From assembly GCA_039698055.1 (NCBI GenBank), contig JBDKTL010000030.1:41862-105861 (forward strand): DNA of 64,000 nt, read 5' to 3'. The notes beneath the pieces are model-generated. The model made no database searches. It saw only the letters and a list, made by a program, of their open reading frames with translations, and was not told the DNA's origin. This document shows positions 9,888 through 19,205 of the stretch, one piece after another; the stretch's first letter is position 1; the number at the start of each line of letters is the position of its first letter. A program made the position numbers and the translations under genes. The DNA comes from Methanoregula sp. (lineage in GTDB: Archaea; Halobacteriota; Methanomicrobia; Methanomicrobiales; Methanospirillaceae).

Positions 9888-10115
9888 TCAGTACGTCCGT
9901 CGTGATGATCGTGTATTCTGGCGTTGCAATAATTGGATGAACTGTTGGTTCCGCGGACATTCATACGGATTCACACCCTGTTCCGGGTTCCATTTCCCTT
10001 CCATCGGGTTGAATCGTGCCGGGCACGATACTTCTTCAACGATCGGCGAATGAATTCCCGGCACCATTCTAATTATTTTGTGTTCGCAATCTCTGCAAAA
10101 CGAATGAATACTCAT
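9888..10115 (-). CDS. Small Cys-containing hypothetical protein
   Basis: MSIHSFCRDCEH...SCPARF...ECPRN. Confidence 0.5.
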   Translation of the reverse strand: MSIHSFCRDCEHKIIRMVPGIHSPIVEEVSCPARFNPMEGKWNPEQGVNPYECPRNQQFIQLLQRQNTRSSRRTY

Positions 10116-10490
10116 GGTTTTTGTTTCCTGTTTTGAATAAACATCAGATGTAACCTGACGTGCCGTCCGGGCGATGTTCTCTGAATGCAGAATAACGCCC
10201 TGTGCAAGCATTACCGGATGAAAAAAGATGATGGGGGATTGAGGTGTTACTGCTGTATCAGTTGGGGCTTGATGAATTTGATGAATTGAAGGAATTATTC
10301 GATGTGTAATCATCTTCTGAATGCATCCGGCTTGAGCCATTACACAAAGGAATACACCAATTCATCGCATCACTCCTGTACACATATTTGTCGTATGATA
10401 ATAAGTAGTTTAAGGTGTTCCCTACGGGGATAATTGAACTTCAGTTACCTTTACCAGTCTGATATTATTTGAGACCATACGGATTCCGGA

Positions 10491-11093
10491 TTATTTTTTC
10501 CTGCCCGTACCCGCCAGCGTATGAATCATCCCGGTGAACGAATCGCGGCTCCGGTGCCGGAAGACTCCTTCGTTCACGTACCGGACATCCTCAATTGAGA
10601 AGAACGCCCGTGGATTGATCCTCTCAATACCCAGAGTAATCCGGGAAAGCTCCGACCGGTTCACGAGTGAGAGGATCATGGTGACGGTTCCCCGCGATCC
10701 CCGGGCATCGAGACAGGTAACCCCGTGATTCTCTGACTGGAGGTATGCGGTGATCGCGTCACAGGATTCATCAGTTGTCACGATACGCAGGATCACCATG
10801 CCGAGGGACAACTTCTCCTCGACAACGAGCCCGACATACGTTCCAGCTGCAAATCCCAGCGCGTATGCGAGGAAGTTTGCAATATTGGCAAGGTCTTTCA
10901 TCACGACCTCGACTGCCAGAAGCCAGATCACGATCTCAAAGAACGCGATCGCGGCGGCAAGGACACGGATGCCCTTGGATATGAAGACGATTCGTACCGT
11001 CTCCAACGTAACATCACAGACACGGGCCAGAAAGATCAGCAGGGGAAGGATCACCCATGCATAGAGTTCGGGACTTATTAAGAGAAATGCCAT
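10491..11093 (-). CDS. DUF2179/DUF5698 membrane protein (paralogue 2)
   Basis: LPLLIFLARVCDVTLETVRIVFISKG...GFAAGTYVG...PRAFFSIEDVR. Confidence 0.85.
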   Translation of the reverse strand: MAFLLISPELYAWVILPLLIFLARVCDVTLETVRIVFISKGIRVLAAAIAFFEIVIWLLAVEVVMKDLANIANFLAYALGFAAGTYVGLVVEEKLSLGMVILRIVTTDESCDAITAYLQSENHGVTCLDARGSRGTVTMILSLVNRSELSRITLGIERINPRAFFSIEDVRYVNEGVFRHRSRDSFTGMIHTLAGTGRKK

Positions 11094-11271
11094 TCACTCG
11101 CCTAAAGGTGTCATCCATTTCAGGACGATAATCATAGGATGCTGTCTCTTCCCATATCAACATTCTCAGGCAGGACACGGCAGATTATATGGAAGAGAAC
11201 CAACAATAATACAAGATACTTTTCATGGAACACTCTGCCAGCCACGACAGCACAGACAGAACGTATGCGTA

Positions 11272-12816
11272 ATGAACCTGCTCCCCCCGTCACAGGAACT
11301 CACGCCGGAAGAGGTTGAGCACGGCTTATCCAACATCATTTATGATGGCCTGACAACGCATGCATTCGTCACGCTCACGAGCGGCATTTTCCTGATCGCA
11401 TTCGCTCTTGAGCTCGGAGCATCCAACATTGTAATCGGCCTTCTTGCAGCAATCCCGGCACTTACGGAGCTTATCCAGATCCCGGCAGTCGGATTAATCG
11501 AACGTGTCCGGAACCGTCGCCTCATAACCGTTGTTTCCTCTTTCCTGTCCCGGGGATTATGGCTCGTTATCGCTCTCATACCGTTCCTGTTCTCAAAACA
11601 GGCCGGGATTTATTGCCTGATCATCCTTCTGATCCTGTACTGTTGCATCTCATCCGTCAAGCACTGCGGCTGGAAGTCCTGGATGCGGGACCTGATACCG
11701 GATGAGATCCTCGGGATGTTCTTCTCGCGGAGGATGGCACTTTCCTTTGCGCTTGCAATCATTCTCTCCCTCTGCGCCAGTTTCTTTCTTGATGTCTGGC
11801 AGAGCGACAGCATGAGGGAGCCATCCTACGGCTACTCAATGATCTTCCTGGCAGGGAGTCTCATCGGCCTTGCGGGTACCTGTTACCTGATACGGACCCC
11901 CGAGCCGCAGATGACCCGGCAATTCAGTGCTCCGCTTACCAGCCGGTTTCCCGTCTGGTTTGCCGATACGAACTTCCGCAACCTGATAATCTTCCTCAGC
12001 CTGTGGAGTTTTGCGGTCAACCTGGCAGCGCCGTTCGTCACGGTCTATCTCCTGAAACGGCTCTCGCTCGATATTACTATCGTAATTTTACTGTCCATTG
12101 TCAGCCAGGTATGCAGCATCGTCTCGCTTCCGCTCTGGGGATCCATCGCCGACCGGTTCAGCAACAAATCCGTGCTCCATGTTGCCGGCCCGCTCTTCCT
12201 GCTCTGTTTCCTTGCGCTCACCTTCACAAACCTGCCCGATCCGCATGCCTTCACGATGCCGCTTCTTGTCATCGTCCATATCACCATGGGAGTGTCAATG
12301 GCCGGTGTCACGCTTGCCGCCGGCAACATCGGCCTGAAACTGGCCCCGAAGGGATCGGCAACATCCTACCTTGCAGGCATCAGCATCTTCACGGCACTCA
12401 CCGCAGGAATTGCTCCTGTCATCGGCGGGTTTTTTGTCGACCATCTTGCCGAATGCGAACTGACATGGAACCTGATCTGGAAGAGCCCCGGCATCCAGTT
12501 CACCATCCCGACGCTCTACCTGATCCACTGGGATTACTTCTTTGTCTTTGCCTTCCTGATCGGGCTGTACTCTCTCCACCGGCTCTCGTACGTCCAGGAG
12601 CAGGGTGAGGTGGACGAGCCGATCTTCATCCCCTCGCTCATCGCCTATGGCAAGGATATGCGGAACTTCTCGACTGCCGGCGGCATCCGGAACCTTCTCC
12701 GCTTCCCGGTGAACGGCATCGACATCCAGTCCGACAATACCTCGCGGGAATGCCGGCTGGCACGGGAGGCACCGCAGTTATCAGAACAAAAAAAACATAC
12801 GAGGGAGGGACGGTAG
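11272..12816 (+). CDS. MFS transporter
   Basis: About 12 TM segments; WGSIADRFSNK MFS loop motif. Confidence 0.88.
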   Translation: MNLLPPSQELTPEEVEHGLSNIIYDGLTTHAFVTLTSGIFLIAFALELGASNIVIGLLAAIPALTELIQIPAVGLIERVRNRRLITVVSSFLSRGLWLVIALIPFLFSKQAGIYCLIILLILYCCISSVKHCGWKSWMRDLIPDEILGMFFSRRMALSFALAIILSLCASFFLDVWQSDSMREPSYGYSMIFLAGSLIGLAGTCYLIRTPEPQMTRQFSAPLTSRFPVWFADTNFRNLIIFLSLWSFAVNLAAPFVTVYLLKRLSLDITIVILLSIVSQVCSIVSLPLWGSIADRFSNKSVLHVAGPLFLLCFLALTFTNLPDPHAFTMPLLVIVHITMGVSMAGVTLAAGNIGLKLAPKGSATSYLAGISIFTALTAGIAPVIGGFFVDHLAECELTWNLIWKSPGIQFTIPTLYLIHWDYFFVFAFLIGLYSLHRLSYVQEQGEVDEPIFIPSLIAYGKDMRNFSTAGGIRNLLRFPVNGIDIQSDNTSRECRLAREAPQLSEQKKHTREGR

Positions 12817-12901
12817 GTCTCCCATTCTTTGGTTCCTTATGATATGCCTTTTATAGTGCCGTGGTGTTATACACAATAAGCGCTGGCAAACATCAGTTCC
12901 G

Positions 12902-14431
12902 ATGCCCATGATCCCAAGAATTTCCATTCTCTATGTTGATGATGAACCGGCTCTCCTTGAGCTGGGCAGAATATTCCTTGAAAAGAACGAAACATTCAGG
13001 GTTCAGACAAGCACATCGGTCAATGATGCCACAGCCCTGCTTGCTGTAAACCAGTATGATGTTGTAGTCTCTGATTACCAGATGCCGGAACGGGACGGGA
13101 TCGAGTTTCTCAAATATGTGCGGGCTAATCACGGGGGTCTCCCCTTCATCCTCTTCACCGGCAGGGGCCGGGAAGAAGTGGTTATCGAAGCGATCAATAA
13201 TGGTGCGGATTTCTACCTCCAGAAAGGTGGCGACCCGGTCCCGCAGTTCGCCGAGTTGTCGCAGAAGATCAGGATGGCCGTTGAGAAACGAAAGACCAGT
13301 GAGATGCTCAGGAGACAGACGGTCGTGCTGGGAGAGCGGGTGAAGGAGCTGAACTGCCTGTACCGCCTCGCAGAAGCAATCAATACCCACGGGATCACCC
13401 TTGATACGATGTTACAGGACTGTGTCAACCTCATCCCCTCCGGTTACCAGTACCCGGATTGTACGTGCGTCCGTGTGGTGTTCCACGACCGGGAATACAC
13501 GACACCGGGTTTTTCTAAATCAGTCTGGAACCAGAACGCACTCATCTTCCTTGGCGGTGCCTGTGCAGGTACTATCGAGGTCTCCTATACTGGCAGACTG
13601 GCGGAACGGGTGAACGATGCGTTCCTGGCCGAAGAGAATTCCCTCCTGAACGGCGTCGTGAAGATCCTTGAAAACAGTATTGCCCGTAAGATTGCGGAAG
13701 ACAACATTCGGGATTTCTATGAGAACCGGGAGAATCCGATACAAAAAGATGTGCCAGGGCAGATTTCAGCTGGCGGAAACCTTCAGCGTACTGGGATGGA
13801 GGAGGACCTGCGGAAATCCCGGGAACAGAAAGAGGTGCTGCTCCGTGAGGTCCAGCAGCGCGTGAAAAACAACCTGCGTGCAGTTCACGATCTTCTTGCG
13901 CTCCAGCAAAAATATATCCGGGACGAGAAGGTTCTCAAGACACTTCATGAAAGCCAGAACCGGATCCGGGCGATGGCGCTTGTCCACGAGATCCTCTACC
14001 AGACTCCGGAGATCACGAATATTGATCTTGCGCTGTATGTCAATACACTCGGGAAAAACCTGTTCGATTTCTATAAAATCAAAGGGTCACGGATCACCCT
14101 GCGAACGGATATACCGGGGATATGTATCGGGGTAAACTCGGCTATTCCCATCGGCCTGATCATGAATGAGCTGATCTCGAATGCCCTCAAGCATGCGTTT
14201 CCCGGGAACTCCTGCGGGGAGATCTTCATCAGGGTCCGGAAAAAGGACCGGTCCATCTCGCTCCTCGTCCGTGACACCGGTGCAGGAATGCCCCGGGACC
14301 TGAACTGGCGCGATTCAAAATCGCTGGGGTTACGCATGGTCTTCTCGCTGGTGGAACAGATGAATGGTACTATCGGCCTTGACCGGAGCAGGGGGACTGA
14401 GTTCTCCATGGTCCTGGAAGAGCGGAAATGA
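12902..14431 (+). CDS. Hybrid receiver / GAF-like / HisKA_2 histidine kinase
   Basis: ILYVDDE...SDYQMP receiver; LLREVQQRVKNNL H-box region; ELISNALKHAF, DTGAG, SLGL ATPase motifs. Confidence 0.88.
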   Translation: MPMIPRISILYVDDEPALLELGRIFLEKNETFRVQTSTSVNDATALLAVNQYDVVVSDYQMPERDGIEFLKYVRANHGGLPFILFTGRGREEVVIEAINNGADFYLQKGGDPVPQFAELSQKIRMAVEKRKTSEMLRRQTVVLGERVKELNCLYRLAEAINTHGITLDTMLQDCVNLIPSGYQYPDCTCVRVVFHDREYTTPGFSKSVWNQNALIFLGGACAGTIEVSYTGRLAERVNDAFLAEENSLLNGVVKILENSIARKIAEDNIRDFYENRENPIQKDVPGQISAGGNLQRTGMEEDLRKSREQKEVLLREVQQRVKNNLRAVHDLLALQQKYIRDEKVLKTLHESQNRIRAMALVHEILYQTPEITNIDLALYVNTLGKNLFDFYKIKGSRITLRTDIPGICIGVNSAIPIGLIMNELISNALKHAFPGNSCGEIFIRVRKKDRSISLLVRDTGAGMPRDLNWRDSKSLGLRMVFSLVEQMNGTIGLDRSRGTEFSMVLEERK

Positions 14432-14896
14432 CATGTATCATCTGGTTTTTACAATGAGGATCTCAAGAAGGAACGGAGGATTCTGGGGAGAACAAAAGAG
14501 GAGGCCAGAAAGAGATCCGACCGGATAAGGAATGGGGATGATACGGAAACAGAGGGTGAAGAAAAAGGATTAAGAAAGCACCGGATTACGGCCCGACAAT
14601 TTAATCGAGTCGCCGCACGTCTGCATATGCCCGATCAACAGCGACGAGCATTCCGCAGGAGCGGTATGCAAGGAGCGGGCCCTAGCAGCCGCTGGCGCCG
14701 GAGCAACGCGACAAGCCCGGGGCATCAATCCTACCAACAAACAGGGCAACTCCGGAAAACAGCGAGGTGATGTGAGCGGAACGGGTGATACGCCCGTTGA
14801 GACGAACATGACGGAAGCGTCTGCGTGGTATCGTTAACAAAAAAAATTGTGGGAATTCAGATCACAATAATTATGAATTAGAAGGGAATTCTCCGG

Positions 14897-15661
14897 TCAC
14901 TTCTTCAGGCTCTTCAAAACAAGGTTGGCCGCCTGCTCACCGGACAACAGCATTCCCCCAAAGACCGCTCCCATCCGGCTCTCTCCCCCGACGGCATTGG
15001 CTGCCATACCGGCAACAAAAAGTCCGGGGAACACCTCCTTAGTATGCTGGAGAATATGGGATTCGGCTCGGTCAGCCCACATGAAACTCTCGCCTTTTAC
15101 CTGAAGGTTCCCACCCTTCTTTTCCACAAGCCTCGCAACAACCGAGTCATGACCGGTTGCATCGACTGTATAGCTGCAACGCATGACAAGAGGATCGACA
15201 TGGAGTTTTCCCATCTCAACGGCAGTCCAGTTGATCACGAGCCCGCTGATCCGCCCGTCTGCCTTGATCATGACATCCTCCACGGACGTGAGATTGAAGA
15301 ATTCAGCTCCCGCATCACAGGCAGCAGCGGTAAGTTTGGAGACAGCTTCGACTGACTTGGCGACATAATATCCCTCTTCGTAAACAGCGGAGCGGATGTG
15401 AAACCGGTCAAGCAGGCGGCGTGCCTCTTCCTGCACGACAATCCGGGGAAACATCATCCCGCCACCCCACATTCCGCCGCCGACTGAGAGTTTCTTCTCG
15501 ATAATGCCGACCTTGATGCCTTTTTCAGCGATCAGTGCAGCGCAGGTAAGTCCGGCCGGCCCGGCTCCCACGACAGCCACATCCAGTTCCATATAATCGA
15601 TCAGGGTATTCATCTGGGTTGAGAGAATCGCCCTGCTGATGGTAATTTCATTGAGTTCCAT
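14897..15661 (-). CDS. thi4: Sulfide-dependent thiazole synthase (non-Cys Thi4)
   Basis: GAGPAGL, GGGMWGGGMMF, LHVDPL (His rather than Cys), DATGH, RMGAVFGGMLLSG. Confidence 0.93.
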   Translation of the reverse strand: MELNEITISRAILSTQMNTLIDYMELDVAVVGAGPAGLTCAALIAEKGIKVGIIEKKLSVGGGMWGGGMMFPRIVVQEEARRLLDRFHIRSAVYEEGYYVAKSVEAVSKLTAAACDAGAEFFNLTSVEDVMIKADGRISGLVINWTAVEMGKLHVDPLVMRCSYTVDATGHDSVVARLVEKKGGNLQVKGESFMWADRAESHILQHTKEVFPGLFVAGMAANAVGGESRMGAVFGGMLLSGEQAANLVLKSLKK

Positions 15662-15730
15662 GGTAATTGCCTTCACAGTATATTATTCAGAATACTATTA
15701 CAACGTTAGGAATCGGGGTAAGGAAAAGAG

Positions 15731-16330
15731 TTATTTCTGTGATTGTGCATAGTCCCGTGCAATCCCGCATACATCTCGTGCAACACCCATCGGTTCATCC
15801 CCCACGATAATACAGACCGGCTCTTTTCCCATTCCTCCGGCATCGCAGATAATTTTCGGCACTCTCCCACCGGCGGCCCGAACCGATTCTGCCGCCTTCC
15901 ACTGCATCGATAACCCCTCTGCAATCCTGAGTTCGGCAGGTTCAATCCTCCGGTCAATCATGACAGATGCCCAGCCTTGCTGTATGCAATAGTCTGACAG
16001 CCAGTCTGAAAATCCGGGAGGATTTGCAAAATCGATCCCGGCCCGGACGGTCGGATCGGTCTTCATGAGTTCGATGATGAACCGGGCCATATGGCCCGAT
16101 GCACCGAACCGGACTCTCCCGGCAGCCCGTGGCATACCGTTGATGATGGTGATCCGGCCATCTACGGCCAGGACTTCATCGGGAGTTTTTGCATACGGGT
16201 GTGCAAATACCATATTGGTCCTGACTTCCGGTATGAGAGCGGTAAATTCCCTGCATGCTTCAACCTTCTCAAGGGCAATCGTCATCCGTCCGAACATGTC
16301 GATCTCTGTGGTGGGGTCAGGTTGTTTCAT
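15731..16330 (-). CDS. thiN: Thiamine-phosphate synthase ThiN domain protein
   Basis: LIPEVRTN, GRIT, FGASGHMAR, GGMGKEP motifs; adjacent to thi4. Confidence 0.88.
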   Translation of the reverse strand: MKQPDPTTEIDMFGRMTIALEKVEACREFTALIPEVRTNMVFAHPYAKTPDEVLAVDGRITIINGMPRAAGRVRFGASGHMARFIIELMKTDPTVRAGIDFANPPGFSDWLSDYCIQQGWASVMIDRRIEPAELRIAEGLSMQWKAAESVRAAGGRVPKIICDAGGMGKEPVCIIVGDEPMGVARDVCGIARDYAQSQK

Positions 16331-16565
16331 GGTCCTCCTCTGTTCATCTGAATTATGTGATGGGAAGGATTATTGGTTCTCTGGTCATGTGACCGAGCGT
16401 CTTCATCTTCCCTGATCAGCTGAGGGTAGATCGCCGCCCCGCTCCGCACGCTTCGTGCACCTGCGGCGCACTCGCACGTGCTACCCGGGCCGGCTTGAAT
16501 CTGACCAGAATGGCTTTAATGTTATAATAAAAAGCAAATTGAAGCAATCCGGAAACGGGTGACCG

Positions 16566-16937
16566 ATGAAAGAGCAAACCATTCAGTTATTCACCGAGAA
16601 GGAAGAAGAATTTGTCAACCTTCTCATTGAGATCGGCACAAAGAAGACCGTTGCACAAATGCTGGTATTTCTTGCAAATACTCCGACAGCAACATCACGG
16701 GATCTCGAACGCGGGACGGACCTGCGCCAGCCCGAAGTAAGCATAGCGATAAAATATCTGTCCGGGCAAGGCTGGATCAAAAGTGGTGAGGCCCCGTCCC
16801 AGCATAAAGGACGGCCACAGAAAATCTATTCCCTCGCTGTACCAATCAAACAAATTATTGCAGCCATTGAAAAAGCAAAGAAAGACGAGGCCACCGAACG
16901 TCTTGTTCTCGTTAAGAAAATACGAGATTATATCTGA
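16566..16937 (+). CDS. Archaeal wHTH transcriptional regulator (COG4738-like)
   Basis: SRDLERGTDLRQPEVSIAIKYL..QGWI...KGRPQKIYSL. Confidence 0.82.
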   Translation: MKEQTIQLFTEKEEEFVNLLIEIGTKKTVAQMLVFLANTPTATSRDLERGTDLRQPEVSIAIKYLSGQGWIKSGEAPSQHKGRPQKIYSLAVPIKQIIAAIEKAKKDEATERLVLVKKIRDYI

Positions 16938-17290
16938 ATATCCCAAAAATCCCGATTTTTGAAACCTCCGTCGGAGAAAAAGACCTTCATATTCGCGTTC
17001 TGGTGACCGTTTTGGGGCCCGGATAGGGTAAACTAGGTGGCAAAACCCGGCACGATTTAAGGGCCTTTGGTGGCTGTTATACGAGGCACAAATCAGCCGT
17101 ATTTTGGCAAACGGGGCAATTATAGGGCATATTCTCCACAGGAACTGAAAATATGGATAATCCGAGGTTTTCCGGTAGTGGCCCGGAGACGGGGGCAGGA
17201 AACGGAGCCCGTATAGGGCTTATTTCCCCTCAGGGTCCGGATCCCTCCATTTCAGGTCCTTCCGACGTGGATAAAAAGGGGAAAACTGGT

Positions 17291-17875
17291 TTACCCGCCC
17301 ATTCCCGTAATCAATCCGACAATCTGCTGAGCTATCACCGGGTCCAGGACCTGAGCCAGCACCAGCCCGGCCATCGAAATGAAGAAGGTCCAGAAGACTT
17401 TCTTCACCTGCTCGTTCTTCCCGAACGCCTCGATCGCGGCGTCCGTGTCCGCCTTCATGGCTTGCTGGATAAGCTTCGGCAGGAACACGAAGAGCGGCAG
17501 GAAAAGAACCGCAGCCCCGATGAACGCGAGCGTGATTTCTGCCCGGCCCGCCATATAGATCCCGACCGGGACTGCAAACACCCCGGCCAGGATCGCGGCC
17601 ATCCCGACCTCGCCGAACCAGAAGTAATGCCGCTTTTCAGCGTAGTTCAATCGCTCTGCATCCGTGAGTGAGGAGAGATCGAAGATGCCGATGGTGTTCA
17701 GCATCCCGTACCAGACTGCGTGCGTCTCCTCCGGGTCGGCAACGATGCCGAGGAAGAGGATTGCGACCGGCACCATGAGCAGGATGGGCGGCAGGTGCGC
17801 GAAGAGAAAAATGAGCGCGAGCAGGAGCCCGGTACCGCAGATGGCGGCCCGGGTCTGCACCTCGTTCTCAAACAT
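17291..17875 (-). CDS. Hypothetical multi-pass membrane protein
   Basis: GGAGG RBS before ATG 17875; several hydrophobic segments; overlaps upstream stop. Confidence 0.7.
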   Translation of the reverse strand: MFENEVQTRAAICGTGLLLALIFLFAHLPPILLMVPVAILFLGIVADPEETHAVWYGMLNTIGIFDLSSLTDAERLNYAEKRHYFWFGEVGMAAILAGVFAVPVGIYMAGRAEITLAFIGAAVLFLPLFVFLPKLIQQAMKADTDAAIEAFGKNEQVKKVFWTFFISMAGLVLAQVLDPVIAQQIVGLITGMGG

Positions 17876-18341
17876 CGCGGTCCTCCGCGATCCTGATCTC
17901 AAAGACCGGGCTGGTATATCCACCATTTGCCGGGCTGAAGTCCCGGACCCGGCCCATCTGCGCAAACTTGCGCCGGCCCGTGCGGATCTGGACTGTATGA
18001 ATGCCCGGGGCCCGGGGGAACACCCGCCGCCCGTCCACATCCCGCATGTCCATATACGGCGGGATGTCGAACCAGTCCGGCCAGAACCGGACCCCTCGCG
18101 GGATATCCGTTCCCCGGTACAGATCCTGCAAGCGCAGGGGCGACATGTTGTCGTAGATCACATCGATGATCAGGTTCTCATCATCCTGCTCCGGATGCAG
18201 GTCCAGCTCATAGAAAATCGGATTGCGCCGCACCTCGTCGCGGGTGAGCGGTTTATCCGGTGTGAGCGGTTCAAGACCGCCAAACTTTCCGCGATACAGG
18301 CCGGTCACTGTTGCGACCGGCTGCACGTTCTCATAAACCAT
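17868..18341 (-). CDS. Hypothetical protein (157 aa)
   Basis: AGGAGGAG RBS before ATG 18341; overlaps neighbours. Confidence 0.7.
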   Translation of the reverse strand: MVYENVQPVATVTGLYRGKFGGLEPLTPDKPLTRDEVRRNPIFYELDLHPEQDDENLIIDVIYDNMSPLRLQDLYRGTDIPRGVRFWPDWFDIPPYMDMRDVDGRRVFPRAPGIHTVQIRTGRRKFAQMGRVRDFSPANGGYTSPVFEIRIAEDRDV

Positions 18342-18495
18342 GATACTCCTCCTTGTAGCATTCGTGCTCGTCCCGGAGTTTCTTGAACTCCTCGACAATC
18401 TCATCATATTTGCCGATCTTCTGGTAGATGGCAAACAACATGGGATAGAGCGGAAGCACAGTTGCAAGCACTATCCCTAAAACTTCAATTTCCAT
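18331..18495 (-). CDS. 54-aa single-TM + coiled-coil protein (holin-like topology)
   Basis: MEIEVLGIVLATVLPLYPMLFAIYQKIGKYDEIVEEFKKLRDEH...; GGAGG RBS. Confidence 0.6.
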   Translation of the reverse strand: MEIEVLGIVLATVLPLYPMLFAIYQKIGKYDEIVEEFKKLRDEHECYKEEYHGL

Positions 18496-18498
18496 GGC

Positions 18499-18562
18499 GG
18501 TCCTCCGCAAAAGTGACGAGAGGACCAAAAAGAGAGGGGACCGGAGGTCTCCTCCCCTCCGG
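18499..18562 (-). promoter_or_regulatory. Terminator-like hairpin plus RBS-sequestering hairpin between the 167-aa and 54-aa genes
   Basis: CCGGAGG(18541-47)/CCTCCGG(18556-62) stem followed on - strand by a T5 run; GGTCCTC(18499-505)/GAGGACC(18520-26) stem covers the GGAGG RBS. Confidence 0.5.
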
Positions 18563-18582
18563 GTCGTTTCGTCAAAACGGTT

Positions 18583-19086
18583 CTAGGCGAGAGCTGCCAC
18601 AGTGTCCGCCCAGGTCTCCACATTCGTCCGGATTGCGTCATCCGAGTACGAAGTGATGGTGACCCGGTCGCGGCTGAAGTTCACCATGTAGATCTCACCG
18701 TTCGCGTCATGGCACCGCAGGGAGGCGCTGAATGCATCCTTCCCGAGATCGTGGACCACGGACCCGCCGTGAGCCGTGCTGACCGCAGCGGCAGCGAGCA
18801 GTGCAGTCACACCCGCATTGAACTTTGCCAGGGTGTCGAATTTGTGGCTGCCCGTGCCAACGGTCTTGGCATCGGTGTCCTGATAGACGAGTTTCGCGGT
18901 GTATGCCTCCTTGGTCTTCTCGACCGGGGGGTGGCTCTGACCTGCAGTCATATACGCTACACACTCAAAGGGATTGTCGGTGATGACCGACTGGACGATC
19001 GTGTTGAACGTCGCAACATCCACGATGGGTTCTGCAAGGGTGCGGGTCGCACTCTTGACATTTGCACTCTGTACGAAATCTGCCAT
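18583..19086 (-). CDS. 167-aa hypothetical protein with internal repeat; candidate structural protein
   Basis: GGGAGTGA RBS; Ala/Thr/Val-rich; internal similarity KEAYTAKLVYQDTDA / KDAFSASLRCHDANG. Confidence 0.75.
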   Translation of the reverse strand: MADFVQSANVKSATRTLAEPIVDVATFNTIVQSVITDNPFECVAYMTAGQSHPPVEKTKEAYTAKLVYQDTDAKTVGTGSHKFDTLAKFNAGVTALLAAAAVSTAHGGSVVHDLGKDAFSASLRCHDANGEIYMVNFSRDRVTITSYSDDAIRTNVETWADTVAALA

Positions 19087-19205
19087 TCTTCACTCCCGCC
19101 CTTGGGCCCTTGGGCTGAATAATACTCTATAGGACGGGGGGCTTAGGTTTTACTGAAGGGAAGGAGAAAGGAAACCTCAAGGCAATTTAGCCACATAATT
19201 GAATT

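Noticed and set aside
14570-14809. 79-aa ORF / GC-rich intergenic stretch between the kinase and thi4
   Set aside because: No recognisable motif, RBS or RNA structure; could be a decayed gene but unsupported.
16331-16500. TPP riboswitch upstream of thiN-thi4
   Set aside because: No CUGAGA or other TPP aptamer consensus on the - strand.
16940-17290. Recurring ATAGGG words and 172-aa ORF 17153-17671 as possible oriT or gene
   Set aside because: Only three 6-mers with uneven spacing; the ORF is mostly antisense to the membrane gene.
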